From Folioceros fuciformis (taxonomy: Eukaryota), in the NCBI GenBank assembly GCA_049999805.1, contig JBNGIO010006217.1, positions 124,543 through 188,542 on the forward strand: a stretch of DNA of 64,000 nucleotides, written 5' to 3'. Positions 49,101 through 59,153 of this stretch are shown here, in pieces. The notes under the pieces are model-generated. The model was not told where the DNA came from. It saw nothing but the letters and a program-made list of their open reading frames with translations, and made no database searches. Numbering within the stretch: position 1 is the first letter of the stretch; each line of letters starts with the position of its first letter. The translations under genes and the position numbers were made by a program.

Positions 49101-49719
49101 TGTTGGGTAATCTTCCTTCAATTTAGACTCCTTTTGTTGTAGCTTTCAGGACAAGTGTTGCAATGCATCCTAGTGATAAACTGGCCACTTTGGATGAGGT
49201 AGTTGGTTTGCTCTTGCAGGAAGAGCTGGCCTATTTTTCAAAAAAGGCACATTCTCAGGATTTAGTATTGTATTCTAAAAAGGGCAAACAAAGGACATAC
49301 ATTGCGAATGTCCTTGAGGGCTTTGGAATGCAAAATTGCAAGCTAGTGAAGATACCAATGGTGTTGAATGAAAAGCTGTCGAAGGAAATGAGTCCTATGA
49401 CTGAGGAAGAAAAGGCAAAGGTAGATAAAACTCTCTACCAATGTATGGTTGGCTGCCTTACATATTTGTCTATAGGCACAAGGCCTGGCATTGCAGAGGT
49501 AGTGGGAGTAGCTAGCTAATTTTTTATCAATCTTGATCAACAACATTTTCAAGCCGTGAAAAGGATCATGAGGTATTTGAGTCTTGATCGTTGGTATCAT
49601 GGGTATGCACACATCGATGTGTACTAGCTCTAAGAGCCCCAATCTTAGGGAATCAAGAGCAGTGAAGCTTCCTCATGATACAACATTGATAGGAGTGATT
49701 ATCACCTGTGTCTCTAACA
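46141..49719 (+). mobile_element. Degenerate Ty1/Copia LTR retrotransposon (5' LTR 46141-46461, PBS, gag, RT C-terminal part), interrupted by an L1
   Basis: LTR bounded by inverted TGTTAGAAAT...ATTTCTAACA; tRNA-iMet-type PBS TGGTAT(TAT)CAGAGC at 46462-46477. gag LEKFTSTNLPLWKLKLQMILMEKEIWQY and TAKAAWNML; RT tail YQCMVGCLTYLSIGTRPGI and AVKRIMRYL. Multiple stops and a large internal deletion. Confidence 0.85.
47163..49083 (+). mobile_element. 5'-truncated L1-type LINE with poly(A) and 19-bp target-site duplication
   Basis: TSD AAAAATTATTACTCTGTTG at 47144-47162 and 49084-49102; A-run at 49079-49088. ORF2 motifs PRGLGGLGVVD...HAQWVVR and zf-RVT VPPKVRFMIW...CRQC...QHIFFHCSFAQEMW, with frameshifts and stops. 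Confidence 0.9.
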
Positions 49720-49759
49720 TTCAAACTTAAACTCTCAACCAAATTCTGGGACTGCATCA

Positions 49760-51170
49760 ATTTAAGAGTATTAATGTTAGTATGGCCCAGACGTTGATGC
49801 CAAAGACTTAAAGACATTCAAGCTGTTATTGGAGCGCCTTGCTTCGGACCCTCATGACGAGTCAACATGGACATTGTTTCTCTTTCTTCCCAGGTGGTGC
49901 CTTCGTCGTTCCAAGGGTGGCCTTTCTGGTCACAAGGAAGTGGCCTCCCGCCTTCATCGGTTCCGGGCGCAGGATTGGGAGGCTTNNNNNNNNNNNNNNN
50001 NNNNNNNNNNNNNNNNNNNNNNNNNNNNNNNNNNNNNNNNNNNNNNNNNNNNNNNNNNNNNNNNNNNNNNNNNNNNNNNNNNNNNAGTGGCCTCCCGCCT
50101 TCATCGGTTCCGGGCGCAGGATTGGGAGGCTTTATAGGTGGAGGCCGGTTGTGCCACGAGATCAAGGTTGGAATCCGCCAAGTTGCACCAGGTCCATCAG
50201 GCAAAGGCACGTCTCAAGAGGTGTCTTTTACTTGGTCGGGCGGGGGAGTTTGCAAGAGCCGCCGAGGCCCTTCGGCCAGAGCCAATGGTGTCGCTCTTGG
50301 AGGAGTCCATCACCGCCCTCTGTGCTTTGCATCTAGGCTTTCCGAATTGCACTAGCTTCTTTCTCTACCGCGATGAGGTTCTGCCTTGGTTTGGTCCAGC
50401 TGTTGGCGTGGTCTCTCTCTTCTTGTAGCTATGGGGTCCCCCTCGATGACCCCGGGAGCCACCTGACACGTTGCCCTATCGGCGGGCAATGCATCGCCAC
50501 CTATAATGTAGTGAGGGACGTTATGTTTTCTTTGGCCGAGGAGGGTGGCTTCTTCCCCTACAAGGAGCACCCATATACCTTGCTAAATGGCATCTCCCTC
50601 ATTGTAGACCTTTTCCTGACCAAGGGGGACCAGGTTTCTATAATGGATGTGGTGGTCGCAGATTCTACTTGGACAACCATCAGTAAGCACGTCGTTATCA
50701 ACCCCCTGGGTTGGGCAACAGAAGGAAGCGCGACAAGGAAGACTTGAACGTACACGCCCGTACAGCAGGGTCACTTGTTCATCCCCCTTGCTATTAAAAC
50801 ACATGGGGCTATGGGTAAGGATTTTTCCAGGTTTTTGAAAACATGCGCGAAGGCTCATCACGTCAGTAGGAGCGGCATAGGGCTTCCCCTATCCAGCGTG
50901 GTGGCATTTTTCCAGCAACGGGTTTTGATTGCGCTACAAAAGGTAATAGCAAATGCAATTTTTCGGACAACATCGAGCATGGCAAATGCAGCGTCAGCGG
51001 TCCCGATGGTAAGTAGGCCATACCTTATACCTGAATGTGAAATCTTAGGGGCGATAGGGAGTTACAGGCTACGCAGATGAGGGGATTAGGACCCCCATTC
51101 TTGGCTTTTCCGCATTGTGGGTTGTTCCCCTTGTCACAGGGTAGATGGAATTTTCATCTCTTTTTTTCTA
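49760..51170 (+). mobile_element. CRE-like (restriction-like endonuclease) non-LTR retrotransposon remnant with internal RT deletion and 3' end
   Basis: N-terminal WTLFLFLPRWCL...RLHRFRAQDWEAL and GEFARAAEAL; Cys/His knuckle CSYG..DDPGSHLTRC..GG...YNVVRD; REL C-terminus FIPLAIKTHGAMG...FFQQRVLIALQK..ANAI; T-rich 3' end. Confidence 0.75.
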
Positions 51171-51499
51171 TAAAGTCTCCACGTTTCATATGGAGAGGAA
51201 TAAGAAGATGAAGTGGAGATGCTTGGATGTTATGTAGGAGTAAAGAAAATTCAAAACATAAACAAGGCTATGTATGAAACTAGAACGCAAAAGAATATTT
51301 GGCTAGTTTATTTGGAGGAAACAAATTTAGAGTCTTGCGATGATGAACTGTGATGAGTATTTAATTTGCTTATGTTTCTCAAGATGACCTAATCTAGGTA
51401 CTGTTCTGTAGCTCTTCTTAAGGTCCATATTTTGTGGTTTGTTTTTCATATATATAGTTCATATGGTGTCAAGTAGAACACGGGAAAGTTATAGCCATA

Positions 51500-51870
51500 C
51501 AAGATGGTATTTTTAAGTTTTATAAAATGTTCGTATAGAAGTTGCTACTAATTGGCAAAGGTGCAACCAAGCTTAGTTTTACGAAATTGGCTCTTACCCT
51601 TTGACTTGCATTCAATCATATCTAGGAAATCCAAAAAGCACATTTCAACATCATTTTGGAGAGTTGCTCAAGCTCTACATCATGGTTTTTTTTGTTTTGA
51701 TAGAATGTTTATATGGATCTAGTTATGAATAGGGAAAAGTGTAGCCTAACTTAGTTTTATCCAATTATATCTTGCCCTTTACTAGCATTCAGTCCAAGCC
51801 TTGAAATCAAAGAAGCACGTACCATACCCCATTGTGTAGATATGCTCAAGCTCTATATAATGGTGTTCAA
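51500..51870. repeat. Diverged ~178-bp tandem repeat (about 2 copies)
   Basis: Collinear blocks CTTAGTTTTA...GCATTCA...GAAATC..AGCAC...TGCTCAAGCTCTA...ATGGT recur at about 51572 and 51750. Confidence 0.6.
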
Positions 51871-53314
51871 TTGTGGACGTCAAGTGAGCACAACCGGGTG
51901 TTTTTTCTACACAATGTGCTCATAACAATGAGTAAGATCTGATAAAGTTGTAATCAACTTAAGGTTGATTCTTCAGTCCTATGGAAAGAGCAGCCATGTC
52001 TCTAATAATGTCACTTTCATTTTCCTCTTAGGCTTCTAATTTTTGAGACATGGAACTCAAGAGATTAATAGTATCAAATGCATTATCTTGACCGATCATC
52101 CTCTTTTTGGACATGACTTTATTGTTGACTCCACTTGTCAAAGAACTCTCCACACTCACCCTTTATGTGCAATGTATGAGCCTNNNNNNNNNNGAACTCT
52201 CCACACTCACCCTTTATGTGCAATGTATGAGCCTCACACACAACATGAGCACGATTATGCATGTCAAGGTCAAAAAAGTTAGATTATACACATGTTTCAT
52301 ATTTATTGTCAACTGGTATGGCATTGTGAACCTCGTCCATAATTTCAATTTCCACTTCTACATATAGGGCTCTGAATTCTTACCATAAGGCAACTTGCAA
52401 ATGTTGTTCTTGGCACTACATAAGGCAATGAGAAGTTAGTGGCAAATAAAAAACCATTCACTTGTAAGGTTTACAACAAGTGGCTTATTTTATTCACTTG
52501 AAAGCCTTGTGACAACTTGTAAACCTTAAAACAAGTGACTTATTTGCAAGCTCCCGTTAAGCTGCTCTCTTGCTCAATACTAAACCCATCACATTCATCG
52601 TCACTACTAAAATCACTACCACTTATGTACCAAAATCTACTTTTCTTGTACATGCCCTATTCACAAAGGTGATGTAAAAATGTATCCATGTCAAATAAAG
52701 GAATGGTTGCTAAATAATGTACACAACATATGGACGACTAGAAATGAGATGCGCAGATAAGGTGATCGAACTGTGATAGCGTAAATAACAAAGTCCTCAA
52801 CAATTCCAAGTTTTTGTATGACATAACCCGACCTCGTCGATCGCTTCGCCAGGAAACTATAAGTGGAATAACTTGTCATATAAAAGTATGCAGGCATCAC
52901 CCAATCCCCGACTCTCCAATTTTCCATGTCAACGGAGCCTCCTTCCATTACTGGTCCCCAGGTAGGCACAGGAAGGAGCATTTGACACTCCGATCCCATT
53001 CTCAAAATCAATTTTAGAAGAAAAAAGAAAGAATGACAGAAACTATGAAGGCGACGTCATCCGAAAAATCGGTGGCGATGCTCACCCACGACCCTAGGGA
53101 ACCTGACGATGGCGACGGTCAGGAGTTCCCACCACAGTTGTGAGATGGGATGGGGTGGGCTAGTTGGTTGTCAAGACAAACACTGAAGAAATGGAATCTT
53201 CGCACGCCTCCCCGATCGGCAACAAGTCTCCCTGCTAGGAGTTTGAAACTAGGCGGCGGTTGGCCTGGACGAGTAGTACGTGTTAGGCCAATCCTTGCGC
53301 GAGGCAATCGTGAA

Positions 53315-56010
53315 TCATGCAACTCCGGCTGGAGCCGTCAAGCTGGAAATCTCGTTGACGACCTGTGCCTTGTCTTGTTCAAATTGCTCATCCTCTGCGT
53401 ACACCATGAGACGAAGGCTAAGCAATCAACTAAGGGCGGTACTAAACACTGCCTATCGCCTCTATCATATCTGGAGGTACCTTTTTCCGTCTTGAAGGTA
53501 CTGAAGAACCGAAGCAGCTTGGTGCGGTTGCCGACAAGGATGCTCACAACGTCAGCAGGCTTACTGGCATTTGCAACAAACACCTGAAGCCTTGAAGCAT
53601 GAACGTAAGTTAAGCCACCAAACAAGAACATGTTTCCGATGAACGAAACAGAAAAGTGAAACTGGACTTTGACGCTAAACCTTGAATACATGGAAAGCTT
53701 CAACTTGAATGTTTTTGCTTGGATCCTGTAGTTGCAATCAACCCAATAAAGCTTAAATATGGATACGATAACAGAACGTACAGCAAACAGCACACGACAC
53801 AACTGCGACAGCATGCGGGACACTGTTAACCCAAAAGCAGAGCTACCACCCACCTTCAAAAGAGTCATGAGGATAATGAGATTCTCTTTTGAGCTGACAT
53901 ATCGCATCATCACAGAGACATTTGCTCGATCCAGTAGAATGTCTCCAAGTAGCTACTTCCATCCACACTTTGTGTCAGACTTTCCATCAGAAAAGAAACA
54001 GCACCACAATTTCAGATCATGATAGAGAGTACGGTGGAGCAAGAAAGCACTAGAGACATTTTCCACCAGAAAGGACGATGTCGTACGAGAAAGTCAAGTC
54101 ACATGCACTTACAAACCTTCACTGCCTGTCGCCTTGTGATATATTTTTCTGACTCCAATAATTTAGTGTTGAAATTGGTGAAGAACTGCAGACGGAGAAC
54201 CCGGATTCAACATCGAATCCTAACTCCAGGACGGGAAAGAATTCAAAACATAAATACTCACCCATTCATAATTTTTGTTCAGGTACTCTGCGACAGTCGA
54301 CTTGTGTCTCGTCAAAAGCTCCTGATTACCGAATAATAAGACAATGCACCAAAAACGCAATTAGGGCAGGAAAAGGGCAAAGTTAGGGCGGTTCAGTCCC
54401 CTAGTTCGCAGTCTAAGCAAGAGTTCAACGCACAGCATCAGGGTACAAGAACCCGAGAAAGAAGAGAAAAGCTAATTCGAGAATATGCTTCCCACTCAAA
54501 CCCCTGTGGGAGCGATTCAGAAACCACTGTTCATTTTGCAGGTGAAAGACAAGCAAGCGCGTCTTGTAATAAGGGCCTCTTGCGGGTGTGACGCACAACT
54601 GACAGTTTGTGACGCAGCTCGTTACCGTTCACAGTATCTACAATATTGTGAACAGCAAGGAGTAAAGCTGACCTTAAAAGTTGCTGCAGCATCAGATGCC
54701 ACATCAAAATTGGGAAGCTCAATATACCCAAATATTTTTGCCATGTTTTCTGACTCCAGAACATACCTGACCATGTAACATTGGTAGCTATCAGCAGGTA
54801 TGCTAGCCGGAAAGAAACATACCAACGATCAAAACTGAAAGCCCAACATACAGAAACACTACAGGACGGTGGCAGGCTTAGGTGAGCAACGTCGGAGATG
54901 ACAAAATATCATGCCTTGGCAAACTTTACACAGCAACTTCTAACACTACAAGAGGCCGAGCTTAGCAGAACGATAAGATGCCAGCGACACCTTACCGGGT
55001 AATGCTTTGATGTCGAATACACTCTCGAAGCATGGAACCATAATGCAAAGCCACCTCGGGATTCTCATATCTGCAAAGGGAGCAAGCTAGATTACGCAGA
55101 ATACCACCAAGACGAAGTTCAACACTAGTGCCGATGACTTTTGGACAGTATTTTATCACCGACTGGTGAGAGGGAAAGGGGCTTCATGATGTTAGACCCG
55201 CAAACAGCCTCCTGACAAGGAGAATCAAACAGAAACAGTCTCGCGACAGTACCCCTTCTATGATTCAGGCCAAGGATAAGGACGCAAGAACGGGCCCTCC
55301 CCCTACTGGATGGGCCGGTTTAGGGCAACAAGAAGGCGCGACCAGGACGGATAGTCAGGTACGTTGATGCCTCGAAGATGCGTATACCCGCACCAAGAAG
55401 AAACCTCCTTCAACCCTGGCCGGGCTAGATCGCGTACTCACCCTGCAATAAGCCGATCCAGCAAATCCTTGTTCGCCTCCAAGTAGTCACAGGCAACAAG
55501 GCGGGATTGCACCTGCTGCCGCTGCAAGTTGGCAACCACTTGCGTGATATCCTTACGTGCCTACACGACGCCATCGACGCATATCAGACAGCTGCTCCAG
55601 AAGCAAAGAAGGGAACATGGAAAACTAATATCAGCCTGCCACCTCCAGTTCGAGCTTGGGAAGCACTAGGATAAGAAGCCTCAACGTGTTCTCCCGAAAC
55701 ACCTCCTGCGTCAATTGCGCTTGCACCTCCGGCACAGGCTCGCACTCGCTGTTCCCGTATAGAGCGATCTTCAGTTCCCGAATGTCCTTCACCAATTCGG
55801 CAATCTGCCATAGGCGCAGCCGCAACAAGATAAGAGATCCGCACTGGTGGCGGCATTGCCCGCTGCTTGGCAAGCAAGCAGACACCGCACCTTCTCCTCC
55901 CTCTTAGGGTCGCGCAATGGCAGCTGATCCACAGTAAGCAGAAGGTCCCTGGTCGCCCGGACAAGCTCTTGAGCCGTCCGGGGCTTGGTCTTGAACAAAC
56001 CCTTGGGCAT
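53315..56010 (-). CDS. MO25: MO25 / CAB39 family scaffold protein, multi-exon
   Basis: [125 protein letters not shown] at 53317-53315. Confidence 0.96.
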
Positions 56011-56500
56011 GGCTCCTGCCTAGCCTGCTCCCCACTCTTCCTTCAAATTACGGTGCACTGCACACGCGCAGCTGTGCTCGCCTTCATCGGCGGTGCTGTG
56101 CACCTTGCTGGCCCCAAATTCGGCTCCCACCTGCAGCGGCTCCCGGGAGCTGAGGGATTCACAGATAGCACCAGCAGAGTCCCTCGACCGTCACACCGCT
56201 AGCCCCAGCATCGAGCAGGAACAAGCCGGAGAGATCGAGCGTGCCAACAATATCGTCCACACATGCTCTTCCTCCGCTGATCCTCCACATCTTCCCAGCC
56301 TCCGCTGCGCAGGCACAATCACCATGCGCTTCCTTGCACCTCCCCGAAGCAATGAGCAATGCCTGGCCCCAGCCGCTTCCAATGCTCGGCTAAAGTAAGA
56401 ATAATGGGATCATAGCGATCGTCACCAATCACTCAACTGCTTTCACCACACTTGGATCGATGCGGACCCATGTGCACATATCTCTCTGTACTCTCATGCA

Positions 56501-56536
56501 CATATATATATATATATATATATACATATATATATA
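56501..56536. repeat. (TA)n microsatellite
   Basis: Dinucleotide TA run with one CA interruption. Confidence 0.95.
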
Positions 56537-56787
56537 CGTCTTTTATCACATAACACATTCTATATATTAGACTTGGAGAACTTTCATCTCGCAAACAGGT
56601 TTTCGAATAAGATCTCATTATTATAAGCTATATTATTTCTTTTCCTAATATTTTATTCGAAAACATGTTCTACTGTATGTTGCATATATTCTTCCTAGAG
56701 AGAGATGTGATATCTTCCCCTGGTTGTGCAGATCTTGTCAAACTTTTCTCTTGGTACACCAAACTTCGTTCCTCCTTTTTATGTGCC

Positions 56788-56925
56788 GGACACCTAGATT
56801 GTGTGCTAGGGACACTAGGGACACCCAGATTGTGTGCTAGGGACACTAGGGACACCCAAATTGTGTGCTAGGGACACCGAGATTATGTGCTAGGGACACT
56901 AGGGACACCCAGATTGTGTGCTAGG
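56788..56925. repeat. ~31-bp minisatellite with internal sub-repeat (GGGACACTA/GGGACACCCAGATTGTGTGCTA), about 4-5 copies
   Basis: Direct repeats are visible; one copy lacks the GGGACACTA sub-unit. Confidence 0.9.
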
Positions 56926-57022
56926 GTTTAGGGTTGCCTCAAACACACAACTTCTTTCTCCAAGGCTTACACTGGTTATCACCTCTATGATTCTCAATCG
57001 AGTCAACAAGACTACAAAGAAC

Positions 57023-57240
57023 AACCACAAGCTATCGAGGACCTTGGGGATCAAAAGGCAAGGATAGGAAAGATAGGGAGTGACCACAAGCTACCGAGGA
57101 CCTTGGGGATCAAAAGGCAAGGATAGAAAAGATAGGGAGTGACCACAAGCTAATGAGGACCTTGTGGATAGAAAAAGTAGGGAGCGACCACAAGCTACCG
57201 AGGACCTTGGGGATCAAAAGGCAGTGATAGAAAAGGTAGG
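57023..57240. repeat. ~59-bp tandem repeat, about 4 copies (one shortened)
   Basis: ACCACAAGCTA(C/T)CGAGGACCTTGGGGATCAAAAGGCAAGGATAG(G/A)AAAGATAGGGAGTG repeats. Confidence 0.9.
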
Positions 57241-58329
57241 AAGCCAGCATGATTTAGCTTGGCTGTAGCAATCCACATCTATTTACAAGATGTTGCTTTG
57301 GTTTTCAAGTTGTTCAAAACATGTCATGGTACAAGATGCTAGTCTAGCTTTCAAGTTGTACAAAACACCCTAACCTTGAGTCAAGCCTTCTTCACAAGGG
57401 AAGCACCACAAGACAAAACAAGGAGAGTCCAAACCAAAATCACACCTACAGCGTTGAAGTGTTGAAAGCAACCCAATGCCAAAACAAAGACTATTCAAAA
57501 TCGTTTATACAAGTAATGAAATCCCTTCCCAAGTGATTAAGTGCATGGGAGAGGCATCCATTCAATAGCATTCCCAAGACACATCCATACAATAGCATTC
57601 TAGAAGAGGACTGATTACAGGAATAGGTGTAGCAACCTTAATATGACTAGTGGTGAAGACAATGATGGACATGAGTTGGATGTTATTGGGTGGTCAAGGT
57701 GTGGCGGCCTCTAGCTCATACAATATGCAAATTGTAGCATTGGAGATGACTCCATTTAGAGGATCAAGCTCTTCATCAAGGGGTGAGAAGTTATGGACCA
57801 TGAGGTAGATTCTTCATGTGTTGTAGACATGAATTAAGTTTTGTGATGGCAGCATTGCAAATTGCAAGATGGAGGATGAGGTCCCCACACCTTTGGTAGG
57901 TTAAAGCTATTTGTCTTCTTTGGATTAAGTTTTCCTTCCCATACTTGGTGTTTGTGCCGATCTATAAACTTTGATACCCTTCATTGTGGAACAAAGAGAA
58001 GTGCCCCATAAGGTGAGAAGGCATGTAGGGTGAGAAGGCAAGCTCCTTTTGCAGATGTCTAAAATAACAAAGAAAAGCCTCTCCCCTACTAGGTGGAGGA
58101 CATATGGTTTTTTCATTATAGATATCTAAACTCACAAGTCCATTACTTGAAAGAACCCCTAACTCTAGAGCCAAGGAAAAGAAAACCTTGCATCACATAC
58201 CCTTGTACCAAAACTTTTATAACATCAAAGTTGATGTTGTCTATATTTGATAGAATGGAAGAATGTGATATACTAAAAATAGAATATCGTTCTCGCCTAC
58301 CTTGCAAGTGTAATTATATTATTAAAAAA

Positions 58330-58600
58330 AGATTAAAAAAAAAATCCATCTACCCCAAAGAAGAGGAGAACAACTTGAAGGGTTACTACCTCCAATATCT
58401 ATGAACTAATCCTAAAAAACTCCTCCTTGAGTGCTTTATTTATTTTAGAAGAACGAGATGAAAAAACCTATCTACCCTTAGAGATAAACCATGAAAGGTA
58501 CACAAGGTGCTAACTCCCTCAAGCCTAAAGATTATTGATTAGCACCTAAAACATGATTTGGGAAGAGAAAGGGTCTAGGGTTGGTAACACTTCCTCTCTT
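58330..58600 (-). mobile_element. Two adjacent, decayed 3'-end fragments of the CRE-like family
   Basis: The minus strand reads RPFLFPNHVLGA (compare RPYLIPECEILGA at ~51015) and carries two copies of the terminal GGGTAGAT(A/G)G..TTTT motif. Confidence 0.45.
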
Positions 58601-59153
58601 ACCACATGGTCATCCTTATATGGTATTAGAAAAGACCTAAAAAACCTTAAAAAAAAAAAGACAAACCTAGAACACCTAAAAAAATAAGAAAAGACAACCT
58701 AGAACAGAGAATCCACTCTATCTAGTATGGATTTATGGGCAGAGATGTTTTAAATAATAAAAGAATTTATTGAAAGATAAATAATAAATAATATTAATGC
58801 TATAAAGTAAAAAATTGGAAGTAGAGAAGACAAGAAAATTAATATAATAGTTGGTCTTGGGAAGATCACCTGTTGATAGACAACTCATGGATGGTGGAGT
58901 TTGGATGAATCATTGCTTTCAAGAAAAGCACACCATCATGGAGAAGGTAGCTTCTCCAAAGCTGCCGGGGTTGAAGCTGAGTTTACAGCATCACGTTTCT
59001 GTGCTGTCTTGCACGAAGGTGTAGCAATCAGTGTTCTAGATTTGATATGGGGTCCATAGATTTCATGAGCATCACTAGCCATTCTGCCACAGCGTAACTA
59101 CAGATGTGTTTAAGTATGTCGTAGGCCTATTGTCCGAGAGCAGGGCCCGGAAG

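Noticed and set aside
49939-50132. Direct repeats flanking the N gaps here and at 52143-52232
   Set aside because: Identical sequence on both sides of a gap is the typical signature of unmerged contig overlaps, not a biological duplication.
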